The notes under the pieces were generated by a model. The model was given only the letters and a program-made list of their open reading frames with translations, did not search any database and was not told where the DNA came from. The position numbers and the translations under genes are program-made. Positions 12,191 through 26,731 of a DNA stretch of 64,000 bases are shown here, in pieces (positions within the stretch are counted from its first letter, which is position 1; every line of letters starts with the position of its first letter). The DNA comes from the human T2T-CHM13v2.0 reference genome, Homo sapiens. The stretch lies in NCBI RefSeq assembly GCF_009914755.1, contig NC_060947.1; one strand, given 5' to 3'.

Positions 12191-13359
12191 TTAGTGCATT
12201 AAGAAAATTTTTAAAAAGGCATACATATTGGAAAGGAAGAAATAAAACTATATTTATTTGCAGACATGTTTGTCTATTTTCAAAGCATAAGTGAATCTAC
12301 AAAAAGCTCCCTTAACTGATAAGAAGGCTAACAATGTTGCAGAATACAAGGTCAATATACAAAAGTCAATTGCTTTTCTATATACCAGCAATCAATGGTT
12401 GGGATTTAAAATTTTTAAAATATAATTTGCAATAGCACCCCAAATTAAAATATTTAGATATAAATATAACAAATGTGTGCAAAATCCCCAAGTTGAAAGC
12501 CATGAAACATTTCTGAAAGAAGTAAAACCAGATCTATATAGAGACATATTATAATCATGGGTTGGAAGACAACATATTAAAGGCGCCAATTTTCCCCAAA
12601 TTGATATCTATTTTTAATATAATTACCATAAAAATCTCACCAGGATTTTTTGTAAATACAGACAAGATGGTTATAAAATTTCAAGTGGCAAAGCAAAGGA
12701 CTAGAATAACCAAAATAATTTTGAAAAAAAGGATGAACTGGTAAAAATCAGTCAACCTCATTTTCAAGAATTATTTTATAGCTACAGTAATGAACACTGT
12801 ATGAGACTGTTGGAGGGATAGTAACACAGGTCAATGGAATAGAAATACCTACTCAGAAATAGACCCACACAAATATGTCCAGGTGATTTTTGACAAATGT
12901 ACAAAAGCAATTTAATAGGGAATGAAGAGCTTTTTCAATAAATAGTACCTGAGTATTTGGACATTCACTGGCAAAAAAGGGAACACTGGCCTAAACATTA
13001 AAACTTATACAGAAATTAGCTAAAATGGATCATGAACTTAACTGTAAAATGAAAAATTATAAAACTTTTAGAAAAAATAAGTAGGAATAAATCTGTAGGA
13101 TCTAGGGCTTGGCAGAGTTCTCACCCTTCACACCAAAGTATGATCCATAAGAGAAATGATTTATAAGTTGTGCCTCATGAAAATGAAAATTTACTCTGCA
13201 AATAACTCTTTTAAGAAGATGACAAGACAAGCAACAGACTGGGAGAAAATATTTGCAAAATACATATCTGATAAAGAACTCATATCTAGAATATATAAAT
13301 AACTGAAAATTTAATAGCAATAAAACTCTACATTTAATTAGAAAATGAGTGAATGACAT

Positions 13360-13783
13360 TGCTATGGTTTGGATGTTAGTCCTCCAAACCTCATGTAGAA
13401 ATCTGATCCACAATGTTGGAGACGGGGGCCTAATGGGAGGTGTTTCCATCTTGAAGGCAGATCCCTCATGAATAGATGAATGCCCTCCCTTGGGGGTGAG
13501 TTCTCACTCTACTCATTCTTGAGAGAGCTGGTTGTTAAAAACAACCTGGCTTCTTGTTAAAAAGAGCCTCCTGCCTTTCCCTCTTGCTTCCTCTTTTGCC
13601 ATGTGATTTCTGCATATGCCAGGCTCCTTTTCTGTCCACCTTCCACCATGAGTGAAAGCAGTCTGAGGCCTTCACCAATCTGTAACTTTCCAGACATTAG
13701 AATCATGAGCCAGAAAAACTTTTTCTTTGTAAATTACTCAGTGTCAGGTATTCTATTATAGCAACACAAAATAGACTAAGACA
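13360..13783 (+). mobile_element. MSTB1/MSTC-like solo LTR
   Basis: TGCTATGGTTTGGATGT...ATAGACTAAGACA with a perfect 5-bp TSD GACAT. Confidence 0.9.
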
Positions 13784-13954
13784 GACATAAAGATACATTT
13801 TATTGAGTATATACAGATGGGTAATAAGCACATGAAAAGATGTGCTGAGCATCAGGGAAATTGAAATTAAAACCATAGTAAGACACCACTACACACCTAT
13901 CAGAATGACTAAAATAAGAATAGTGACAACACCGATTGCTTCAATTACTTGTAA

Positions 13955-14252
<298 letters not shown>

Positions 14253-15184
14253 TTATACACTGTTGAATTCTATGAGGTATACCTATTTTCCCATTTTGAG
14301 CTCTTATTAATGAAGCTGGTATAAACATTTGGCATTCCCACTGAATGTCAAATGTTCAGTAGGGAATGGCTAAACAAACTGTAGTACATCCATACTATGG
14401 AACACTACTCAGAAAAAAAAAAAGGAATGAACTATTGATGCACACAGCAACTTGAAAAGATCTTCAGAGAATTTTGATGAGTGAAATGGTTATATAGTAT
14501 ATGACTCCATTTATATGCATTCTTGAAATAAAAGTAACACCTTTATAGAAGTGGAAAACAGATTAATGGTTGATAGGGATTAAGGAGGGTTAGAGACTGA
14601 GGGGTAGTAAACATAGTTATAAAAGGGCAACAGGAGTAATTCTTGCCATGATGCAAGTATTCTGTATGTTGACTGTATACTGTACTATAGCTTTCAAGAT
14701 GTTACTTATTGGAGAAACTGGGTCAACAGTATATGGTATCGCTCTGCATTATTTCTTACAACTGCATGTAAATCCACAATTATGTCAAAATAAAAAGATT
14801 AGTAATAATAACATAAACCTAGTTTGGAATTTTATATGACAAATAACCCAATTTCTTCAACACAAAGAAAAAAAAGATGGAGGAGGAACCTGTAGATTTA
14901 AAAAGATTTAAGAGATATATCAGCCAACTTCAATATTTGAAGCTCATTAAGATCCTGATATGAACAAGTAAACTTTAAAAATAATAAAATAAGAGGAAAA
15001 TTTGAACACTGATTATGAATCTCATGATATTAATGAATTGATATTTCTAAGTGTGATAATGGCATAGCAGTTTTGTTTAAAAGTTAGTCTTTATATTTTA
15101 GAGATGCACACACAAATATTTGTTAATTAAATAATATTTGGTCTAGAATTTGCTTCAAAATAATCTTCATGGGTGGGTGGGCAA

Positions 15185-15799
15185 AATTTCCTAAGAGTCT
15201 CATTTCCTCTTGACATGTACTGTATCAACTCTTTCCCTGGAGTATCAGTGAGACCTGTGAATATGAAAAGATATCACTTTCATGATTATGTTATGTTATA
15301 TGGATAAGACACTTTTAAGATGTAATTAAGATGCCTAATCAGCTGACTCTGAGTTTAAAAAAGGGAGATTTTCCTGGGTGGGCCTCACCTAATCAGTACA
15401 GCCATGAAAAGGGACAAGAAGTAGCAGCAGATGCTTTCCTGCTGTGCTTGAAGAAGCAAACACTTGTGTCGTGAATTGCCTATGTAGAGGGCCATGTGCC
15501 AGGGACCTAAGAGCAGACTCTAGGCGCTGATAGTGGTCCCTGCCTGATAGGCAGAAAGAAAATGGAGACTCCAGTCCTGTAACTATAAGGAATTGAGTTG
15601 TGCCAATAATCGCATGTGCTTGGCAGAGGACCCCAAGCCCCACATGAGATTGCTACTCCAGGGAATACTTTACTGCCTAGTAAGACCATAACGCAGAGAA
15701 TCTAGTTATACCATTTACAGACTTCTGACTTTCTGTGAGATAATAAATGACCTCTAAGAGTATTAATAATTGACTACATAGTGATAGAAAACTAATACT
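15185..15799 (+). mobile_element. MLT1E/F-like MaLR LTR within an L1ME 3' UTR remnant
   Basis: GACCTGTGAATATGA..GATATCACTTTCATGATTATGTTA, CAGTCCTGTAACTATAAGGAATTGA and the terminus ATAGAAAACTAATAC. Confidence 0.75.
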
Positions 15800-16185
15800 G
15801 GAGAGCATAGATAAAACAAAATTAGCCGTGAGTTTATCACGGTAGAAACTGCATGATAGCTGCATGGGTTTCATTGGGCTATTCTCCCTACTTTTGTATA
15901 TGTATTCTTCTTTTTTTCAATCAAAAATTTTAAAAATTCTCATGTTTTATGCTAAATGCTTCAGATGATGGAAGTTGGTTGATGAATAGCATGGTTTCTA
16001 AGACTGACCGCCTTCTCTGAGGAGAGTAGAGCCTTAGCCTCAGTGTGCACACGACTTTAAAGGAAGCAGGCCTGGTGCTTGCCCCAGAAACTCAGCTTGC
16101 CTGCTGCATTGCTGGTTATTTTTTTAGTTTATTTTCCAACTTACGGTAACTATGAACTTTTGGTATAGGATTGCTAGAGGTGAGG

Positions 16186-16222
16186 GTGTGTGTGTGTGTA
16201 TGCATGTGCGTGCGCGTGTGTT
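16186..16222. repeat. Degenerate (TG)n/(CG) purine-pyrimidine repeat
   Basis: GTGTGTGTGTGTGTATGCATGTGCGTGCGCGTGTG is seen directly. Confidence 0.85.
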
Positions 16223-17094
16223 TACAGGCATATGTGTACGCATACGTGAATGTATAAAACTGGTAAATAAACCAATAACAAAAAACTAAAGAAACTAGAA
16301 ATAGAAATTGTATTTAATTTTAGGCATTGTTTAGATGGTTAAAATGCTGGAACTCTACTTATAAACCTATAAACTCAGTTGTATATAAGTATAAAAGTTG
16401 TCTGGTAGAAAAAAAAATAATGGAAGAAGGGACCAGTATTTTACTTGGGTGCCTCAGTATGTTAAAGATGGAACCTTAGGCCACATAAGCTTTGCTTCTT
16501 CCTTCTATGAAGCATCACCTGTGTTAAATGCTAAAATATGTAACCATAGTCCACTTGGCTTTCAATTTTTCCTTCTATAAAATAGAACTAGAACCACCTG
16601 CCTTACCTACCTTATCTGGGGCTTTATGTAAGGTCACAGTAGGCAGAAAATGAAACTTCCACCTCTCCCCCTCCCTCAAATGGAAAAATTATTTAATAGT
16701 TGTATCTAGAATTTATATCACAAACAGGCAGAGTTTGTTACATTCTAAAAGAGTCAATTCACAAAAACACAGAAGAATAGAATCTACTCTAAGCAATAAT
16801 TCCTTCTCCAATAATTTTACCAAGAAGGTAAACACTTTCCATTTTGAAACATGCACTACCTCCTGAGCAGCAGCAGCCTAAAGGAGTGGTTTGGGGCCTT
16901 TAGCTCCCCCGCCACCCAATATCTATCACCTTTCCCCAATTCACTGATATGAACAAATAATGTTTTTACAATGTACACCAATTTCTATGTAAATGTAGGG
17001 TCCAATCGAGTCCCTTAGCCATCCACTTTTGACTAGAATGTCATATCCAAATCTCTCCCAGATAAAAATTATGGAGCTGTCATTATTATGAAAG

Positions 17095-17572
17095 TGTAGC
17101 CACACCAGACCAATCTGGTTCAAGTTTTATGTAACAAAGTTGTGAGCTGTTTTTCAGTTGCCATGAACTCTTAGGTCATGTAATCTGAGCATGCCCAGAT
17201 GAACCAAGCATGCATTCACAGGAGGAACTTAAATTCTCAGACCCAGGAGCAGGGATTGAACTAAAAAGTGGATACCACATGGCAGGATCCAGGGTCCAAC
17301 CAGATTAAACTCTGGTGTCATCCCATGGCAGGACACAGTCAGATAATGCCTCCCAGCATTACATAATTGCAAGATCCAATCAGATCATGTCTCATTGCCC
17401 TATGCTTATAAAACCTGACCCAGCCCCTAGCTCCAGGAGACACTGCTTTGGGAACTGTCCCCAGTGTTCTCCTTATTTGTTGCAAGTAATAAAAATCCCC
17501 TTGTTAGATTCTCCTTGATTGTGGTTATTGGGTTAACACCTGCCACGTGACTGAACCCACTCATTGTGGTAA
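17095..17572 (+). mobile_element. ERV solo LTR (LTR47-like; family uncertain)
   Basis: Starts TGTAGCCACACCAGACCAATCTGGTTC, has TATAAAA at about 17408 and AATAAA at about 17488 in LTR-like order. Confidence 0.65.
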
Positions 17573-18769
17573 TAAAAGTACACCAGGTCTCAGTCCAGTT
17601 TGACTATTAGAAAGAACATTCTGACTTTGAGCCAAAGTTTACTTAACTTTTAATTTTGCCCTTTAGTTCCATTTTCCTACCCATATCATGACTGCTGGAA
17701 ATAAACAAGCTAATCTTTCTGCCTCCAAAGCTTTTGACATATCTTACCTTCAACTCTCATGCCTGTGTCAAAGAAGAATTTTCAGTGACCCTGAGTAACA
17801 TGCAAGAAATGGCAAGTTTAGGCATGGGTCACATAATTATTGCCCAAGAAGTTCTCAATGGGGCTGGGACGAGAATCTGGAACAGTCAAGGTAATACAAA
17901 CTTCAAGGAGACCCATCCATCATGTCAAGAAAATCTAAACCACAATTCTTTAGGATGCAGATTGATATTAACAACACAAATCATGTAGCTGTAAACATCT
18001 TTGCAAACATGTTAGAGAGAGTAAGGTGAATCTCCTTGGAGGACTATTAAGATAGGTTTGAAGGTAATATGTGGCTATGACAAAAAAAACCCAGAAATTT
18101 CCTGAAAGAAACAATAATCAGTTCAGGGCTACAGCGAGCTATAAATATTTCACATCATGCTGTGTCTGGAAAAAAATGTCTTGACTTACCAGCACCCAGG
18201 CTCCTTTCTTATGTAACTTTCTCAACATAAATGTTCAGGCATTTTATAAATAGTTGAGACATTCAAAAATAGGGAGAGAAATTTAAAGCTAGGACTTCAT
18301 GAAATTCCCAAATAGGGAAAAGGATGGCTTACATGTCTCTTTTTAACCTGTGTAAACCTGATTGTAAGATGCTAGTGAGCACTAAAAACAGAAGCAGTTT
18401 GTATTTAAAGAAAGTGAAGAGAAAACGAAAATACAAATCCTCATCTTGAAATGATGGTGGAATCTGCCTTTCATCTCCTATAGAAAAGAGCCTGAAGTTA
18501 GGAATTTCCTCTTCAGACCTGAGACCTCATTTGTTCTAATTAAATTTGTAATTTTTAAAAGGACCATCATGCTTGGTACCAAAACACAGGGAGTGTACAA
18601 GTCGCCAGATGACACTTTATGGTCCTCTCCAATTTGTAGATCATAGAAAAAAATAAGCTTGTACTTCAGGCTAGAATCTTTCTAAATCACACATCATTTT
18701 CACACTAAGGGTAGCCTAGGCAGAGAAAAAGACCGCTTCAGAGCAGATGTAAATTAAATTATGTTTAAA

Positions 18770-19565
18770 AAACATTTCGTCTTTCTCAAACATTTACCGA
18801 GCACCTACCACGAATTAAGCACCATGGTAGGCGCTAAATATACAAAATCACAATTCATATGACTAAAAGGCTCACGCCATAGTAGAAGAGACAAAACCTG
18901 TAAATAAGTTCTTATAATACACTGACAGAATTGTTATGGACCGATCCAATGTAGTGCTATAGGAACACAGAGGATACGATGCTTGGAGAATTGAGTCACA
19001 GAAGAAATGATGCTGTTGCACTCTTGACAAATGATTAGAATTTGGCCAGGAGAAGAAAGAACACTCCAGACAGAAAGATTAGTAGATTTGTAAAGGGCAC
19101 AGAGACCTGAAATAAAATTGTGTGTTGAGAAAATATAACATGTGGTTTTGTCTGACAGGTTGCATAAGACACATAAGGGGAAAGAGATGTTCCATACTTT
19201 TTTAAAAAAAATAAGCAGAAAGATGACAGTATGGTGGAGCATATTGATGAAGAAAGAGAGTAGCACAAGATGAGTGTACACAAATGGGCAAGGGACAGAT
19301 CATAAAAGGGCATTTACAACCACAGTAAGGATTATGAACTTTCATGAGAGCAGTGGGAGGGTCAACTACAAATATTAAGCAGGAGAGTGACACAATCAGA
19401 TCTGTATTTTATGACAATGACTGGCTTCAGTGTGGAGAACAGCTGGAAGATGGCAGGAGTGAAAATGGGGAGACCTGTCAGGAATCCATGTTAACAATAA
19501 AGGCCAGAGCGTATAAGAATCTGAACTAGAATGGTAGTAGGAATGAAAGAGTAGAAAGATTAGAG
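18770..19565 (-). mobile_element. L2 fragments
   Basis: AAACATTTACCGAGCACCTAC and TTAAGCAGGAGAGTGACACAATCAGATCTGTATTTTA are antisense L2 motifs. Confidence 0.75.
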
Positions 19566-19799
19566 TACAGTCATCAGTATTTAATATGGTCAGCCATTTT
19601 AATTTTAGCCATTTAGTAAGTGTGTAATGGTATTTCATTATGACTTTCATTTGCATTTTCCAAATAAATATGTTGAACATCTTTTTGTATTCCTATTGGC
19701 TATTTGTATATCTTATTTGATGATGTGTCTGTTCAAATTCTTTACCCATTTTTCGAATAAGATTGTTTTCTTATTGTTGTTTTGAGAATTCTGTATATA

Positions 19800-21082
19800 T
19801 AGGTTGGTGCTAACGTAATTGTGGTTTTTGTATTATTGGAATTTGCCATTTGATATTGGAATACATTATTAAATAAATGTGGTTATGGTATACATCATTT
19901 TAATGGGCATTTCTCACTTTATGGTTTTTTGCTAATGACTTACTACTTGTTGTTTATTTAATGTTTATTTTAGACTACAGAAATGATGTTAGACAAAAAG
20001 CAAATTAGAGCAATTTTCTCATTTGAGTTCCAAATGGGTCGTAAGGCAGCGGAGACAACTCACAACATCAACAATGTATTTGGCCCAGGAACTGCTAACG
20101 AATGTGCAGTGCAGTGGTGGTTCAAGGAGTTCTGCAAAGGAGACCCGAGCCTTGAAGATGAAGAGCGTAGTGGCCGGCCATCAGAAGTTGACAACGACCA
20201 GTTGAGAGCAATCGTCAACGCTGATCCTCTTACAACTACATGGGAAATTGCCAAATAACTCCATGTCGACCATTCTATATTCCTTTGGCCTTTGAGGCAA
20301 ATTGGAAAAGTGAAAAAGCTTGGTAAGTGGGTGCCTCATGTGCTGAGTGAAAATCAAAAAAATTGTCATTTTGAAGTGTCATATTCTCTTATTCTATGCA
20401 ACAACAACGAACCTTTTCTCAATTGGATTGTGACATGCGACGAAAAGTGGATTTTATACGACAACCGGCAACGACCAGCTCAGTAGTTGGACTGAGAAGA
20501 AGCTCCAAAGCACTTCCCAAAGCCTAACGTGAACCAAAAAAAGGTCATGGTCACTGTTTGGTGGTCTGCTGCCTGTCTGGTCCACTACAGCTTTCTGAAT
20601 TCCAGCGAAACCATTACATCTGAGAAGTATGCTCAGCAAATCAATGAGATGCACCGGAAACTGCAACACCTGTAGTCAGCATTGGTCAAGAGAAAGGGCC
20701 CAATTCTTCTCCATGACAATCCCCAACCACAGGTCACACAACCAAAGTCAAAAGTTGAATAAATTGGGCTATGAAGTTTTGCCTCATCCACCATATTCAC
20801 CTGACCTCCCACCAACTGACTACCACTTCTTCAAGCATCTCGACAACTTTTTGCAGGGAAAACTTTTCCATAACCAGCAGGATGCAGAAAATGCTTTCCA
20901 AGATTTCCTCAAATCCCAATGCACGGATTTTTATGCTACAGGAATAAACAAACTTATTTCTCATTGGAAAAAAATGTGTTGATTGTAATGGTTTCTATTT
21001 TTATTAATAAAGCTGTGTTTGAATCTAGTTATAATGACTTAAAATTCAGTCTGAAACTGCAATTACTTTTGCACCAGCCTAA
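19800..21082 (+). mobile_element. Full-length Hsmar1 mariner DNA transposon
   Basis: TIRs TAGGTTGGTGCTAACGTAATTGTGGTTTT and AAACTGCAATTACTTTTGCACCAGCCTAA, TA flanks, about 1.28 kb, transposase homology throughout. Confidence 0.97.
19977..21008 (+). pseudogene. Inactivated Hsmar1 transposase (homologous to the SETMAR transposase domain)
   Basis: Peptides MMLDKKQIRAIF.FEF.MGRKAAET, WVPH, TCDEKW, HDN and YSPDLPPTDYHFF. The first ATG has become ACA. Stops at 20256-20258, 20484-20486 and 20673-20675, and a frameshift near 20747. Confidence 0.95.
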
Positions 21083-21213
21083 TATATTGAATACAAGTTT
21101 TTCATTGGTTATGTGATTTTTGAAATATTTTCTCCCAGGCTTTGACTTGTATTTTCATTCTCTTAACAATGTCTTTTGGGAAGATTTTTAAATTACTTTG
21201 TTAAAGTCCAATC

Positions 21214-21707
21214 TGAGGAGAGCAAAAATATCTGGCGACCATGAAGCAGGTGCTGGAGACAAGAACTCTTTATCAGAGGAATTTAGAAGTAATTAGACTC
21301 CCTATTATCTAAAGACACTTGTTTCCAGGCCTCTTTTCACCTTAAAATTTATAAGTAACTTAAAATTTATAAGTAACTAGAATTTGTATACATCTCTGGA
21401 ATGCATGCATGCCAAAACTCACTGTGCAACCCTTGAACCCTTGTCAACATTAAGGCACCAAAATGTCTACAAATGTAATGATTTATTGTGCAAATTACCC
21501 TTCAGCTCCCACATTAAGGTCCATAAATAGCTCTAAGGAAAAGTCCACCGTGGCTGGCTCAGTCCTCTCACGGAGGCGCCCCGCTGCACTCTTCTGCAGC
21601 ATTCTTTCTTTCTAATAAAACTTTCCGTTTTCAAACTTATACTGTTGTCAGTAAATTCTTCTTACCAACCCACGAGTCAACCACTTTCCTATGCCTGGGC
21701 TCTGGCA
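21214..21707 (+). mobile_element. MER83/MER84-like ERV1 solo LTR
   Basis: TG...CA termini, CAATC duplicated on both sides, CATAAATA and AATAAA signals, and an internal 18-bp tandem duplication CTTAAAATTTATAAGTAA. Confidence 0.75.
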
Positions 21708-22384
21708 CAATCAATCAATTTTTTTGTATGGACTTGATGTTTTAGTATCATGTCTGAAAAATTATCTAACTTAAGATCACAAAGATGTCCTTTCATGCTC
21801 TGTTCTAGAAGTTTCATAGTTTTAAGGTTTACATTTAGGTTTATAGTTCATTTTGAGCTAATTTTTAGATATGGTATAAGGTATAAATCCAATGATTTTA
21901 TTTCTTCTTTTTTTGCACATGGCTATCTAATTGTTCCAATACCATTTATGGAAGAAACCATCATATCACCACAGCATTGCTTTGTATTTTTGTTAACGAT
22001 CAGTTGTTTATATGAGTATGTGCTTATTTTCCAAGTATGTATTTTGTTCCATTGATATATTTGCTTACCTTTGTGGCAATACTATGCTGTATTGCCTAAT
22101 GCAGCTTTATAATAAATCTTGAAATCTGATAGTATCTTACAGCTTTGTTCTTTTTCAAAGTTATTTAGGCTACTCTAAATTATTAGCATTTCTGTACAAA
22201 TTTTATTGGCAGCTTGAGATAGCTGCAAAATGTTTACTTGGCATTTGATAGAGTTTGCATTGAAGCTATAGATGAAGTAATGAAGAAATAACACCTTGAC
22301 AATATTGAGTCTTCCAATCCATGAACATAGAATATGTTTCTATTTGTATAGCTCCTTAAAAAAAAAATCTTTCATCAGTGCTTT

Positions 22385-22943
22385 TTTTTTAACAGGAAAG
22401 TGGGTCCCAATTCAGACCCCAAGAGAGGGTTCTTGGATCTGGTGCAAGAAAGAATTCAGGGCAAGCCTATAGAGTAAAGTGAAAGCAAGTTTATTAAGAA
22501 AGTAAAGGAAGTAAAGAATGGCTACTCCATAGACAGAGCAGCTCCAAGGGCTGCTGGTTGCCCATTTTTACGGTTATTGCTTGATGATATGCTAAACAAG
22601 GGGTGGGTTATTCATGCCTCCCTTTTTTAGACCATATAGGGTAACTTCCTGACGTTGTCATGGCATTTGTAAACTGTCATGGTGCTGGTGGGAGTGTAGC
22701 AGTGAGGACGATCAGAGGTTACTCTTGTGGCCATCTTGGTTTTGTTGGGGTTTAGGTTGGCTTCTTGAATGCAACCTGTTTTATCAGTAAGGTCTTTATG
22801 ACCTGTATCTTGTGCCGACCTCCTATCTCATCCTGTGACTTAGAATGCCTTAACCATCTGGGAATGCAGCCCAGTAGGTCTCAGCCTCATTCTACCCAGC
22901 TCCTATTCAAGATAGTCTTGCTCTGGTTCACACACCTCTGACA
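22385..22943 (-). mobile_element. MER41A 3' LTR
   Basis: The reverse complement starts TGTCAGAGGTGTGTGAACCAGAGCAAG and is preceded by the polypurine tract AAAAGGGAGGGGGAA. Confidence 0.92.
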
Positions 22944-23011
22944 TTCCCCCTCCCTTTTATAAGAGAACACTTAATCGTAAGGGTTGCAGAGGGAGGAAGA
23001 TTCATATTTTG

Positions 23012-23359
<348 letters not shown>

Positions 23360-26300
23360 CTAACTATTAGGGTCTCTTGTATTCAGGGTAGAGAGGAGGT
23401 TAGTCAGAAAGCATCAGTATGCTGAAGGCCGTTCATAACTCTTGAGTTCCAACAAAAAGTGATATCTGGAAGATTAATAAGTATTCAGTTGAAGAAAATG
23501 TTGAGTAAGCTTATTCTTATTCCTACACAAAAAGCACAATAGCAATATATTTTCCAACAATAAAACAAAATAAGTAAAATCATTCCAAGTAAACTAAATT
23601 AGAGGGCTTTCCAAGAACTGTGCAACTGTTGGAACCAAGTTGATATGGGGTTACTAGGCAATTCCAATACATGCCCAGAATTAGAGTACTGATCTAGATT
23701 ATTACATTACCCATCCCTCTTGTTTCTTCTGAGCAGCAGTTAGAGATCACTGGCTGGTTCACAGGAATAAGCAGAGCTAGTCTAAATTGTAGAAACAAAC
23801 TTAAAAACAACTGATGAGACTAGAATTTAATAACAAGTGTACCATGCTTTGTGAAACAGAATTTCTCTCTCCAGTTTTTCCATTTTTACCAAAGACAAAT
23901 CATGGTAAGAAGACTGACTTGCTTTATTATACTTGGCCTGATTATTTGTATAAAGTGCAGCAAGAATAATTATTTTCCACATAAGCTCTTTTTTAAATTG
24001 GCTTAGATGGAACTCTGTCCCATAGAAGAAATCATAGATAAGACTTTTTTAGAGCTGAACCCAGCCATGGGTTTGTACTTTCAAATACCTATAAGTTGGG
24101 TAAATTCCCCTCCTCTTGAGGTGCCAAGATGACTTGGGGCTCCTGGACGTGTTAGAAAGTGACATTCTTTATTTACCACAGGTCAGAAACCCTGAACAGA
24201 GACTGTGTAAGCAAGGTATGAGGCCAGTATCCCAAGGGGCTTTTGTTGGCTTTACAAGTTAAATTTGATTCCTTAAAGGAAAGCATGCCATTCCCGTCAA
24301 AGCCTTGGAAAAATAATGAGTTTCTCCAATTGTGTCCTGTTGCAAAAGAAAAAAGATTCTGATTGAACTTATGCAAATAACTATATTGCCATAAGTTAAG
24401 AATACTCACAACTGGTTTCCAAATTCTAGAGAAATTAAGTAGAGAGAAACAAATATGCCCTAAATTTTGTTCACAGGAGTATACTCTACTCAATTGCTAA
24501 AAGCTGTAAATGACTTAAAATAAAAGTTTCCTTGACTTGGAAAAACAAAACAAAGGATCAGCAACGTTTTAAGCAAAAAGTTTAAAAGATCACTTCAGAT
24601 TTCCTTAGTTTATGCAGTTAAGTTTTGTTCTGCTTGTATTCATGAACATTTCAGGTCTCTATGAGAGTTCTAAAAATTTTTTTTCCTTTATTCTGATGTT
24701 ATAATCTCCAAAGTTACCAGAAACCTGCATTTAAGAACACCTGCTAGATTTCTACAGTTGATTAAAAACCACCTCCTAAAGATGACCAAAACAAGGCAAC
24801 AATTGTCTGTGGCTGACAAAATGTTTTAGGGCAGCCACAGTCAAAGACACAATTGACAAGGAAACTTGGTTACGTCTGTGGCATACAAAAATTTATGTAA
24901 CAATTATAATTGTTAATAACATATACTAAGTTAAATTACAATTACAGGAGTTTCCCATAATTTTGGAAAATATACCAATAACACATTTATACAAATATAG
25001 CCCAAGGAAAGCCAAACACCGCTTTATATTTAACAATGTTTCCTGTATGATTTTTATACCAATTAAGCCAAGCATCACTTTTACATTAGTGCACTATTGA
25101 TGTCAAACCCCATTCTTAATAAAACCTTATAGACAAATGTATTCAATCTTAATCAGTTTTACCATAAGATATGATTTTCATAAACATTTTATAACCCTTT
25201 ACAAACTTTTGTAAAAGAGATCATAAGCAGATTTTTGCTTTAAGAAAAACCTGTTGCACTCTTATTCCAATGTTTAATTTACTGAAAAACTGAACACCCT
25301 TTTAACTTTAGCCAATGCGTTCACACACAGAATTTCTTTTACAACTAATTTTTTACAAACCTTCCACAACTTGCTTAAACCTTCAGCTTTATTCTAACTT
25401 AAAACAATCCTTCAGCCATTTAATTTAGGCAAGAAAAATCCACATTCCTGTGATTTCCTATAATGTTTTACCAAAAGTACATTCTACTTTCCTTACACAC
25501 CTTGTGTGGAGAACTTCCTTTTCAGCAGTCTCAAATACGTGTTGCACTCTTAACTCTTAGCAACTTTTCCTTTTGGTGAAAACCTTGGCAAGTAAGGGAT
25601 TTTCATTATGTACTAGGTGTGGAGCCTAGGATCCAGAAAGAAGTGCAGATAAAGTCTGACTCTTTCCAGTGTTTAATTCCACATGTCTCAGGCCTTACCT
25701 AGCTATAAAGCAGGCAAGTTGTACAGTTACGAGTCACAGTGGCATTTTATGAAGCATTTAGGAGGCTCAATCACCTTTAAATTGTACAACATTTCTTTTA
25801 TAAATTCCCTTTTTTTTTTAAGCAACCAGTCATTTTACTTTAGGACAAGAATTTACCATACAAGATCCTTTCTTATATAAAATGTCTTTTCTTTATAACC
25901 TTCTTTGCAAAGCTAGGGGGCATGGCTAAATCCACATGTCCCCAGGCCTTATGTAGAATGGAATGGCTTCAGCGTACATTGAACAAATTTTAAAAGTCAA
26001 AGAAGCAGTTTATGACCTTAAAGCATTTAGCAAACCTAATATCTGACCTGCATAATTTAGAACAAATGTTTATTTTGTGAAGATATATTTGTTTTACCAA
26101 TAATCTTTAAAACTATCTTTATTTCCCAAAGACTACTTAAGTCACATGAATGAAATAAAAGGCATTACACTTTTTATTTTTCTAACAAAATGTCTGATTT
26201 GACCTCTTATTATTATTAAACCAATTAATCAAAGCTCTTTCATATATAAACATCACACACATAATACATATAAATACACAGACAGAAGAAGATAACGAAC

Positions 26301-26380
26301 TCATCCCCTAAGCCAGGAATCGAACTCTGAACCCAGGCTGTCATTGTGATGGTGGAGACCAAGAGAAAGTACTGCCAGGT

Positions 26381-26731
<351 letters not shown>

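Noticed and set aside
19983-20982. SETMAR gene or an active transposase
   Set aside because: It has three stops, a frameshift, both TIRs and no SET-domain exons. It reads PTDY rather than the SETMAR N variant, so it is a dead Hsmar1 copy.
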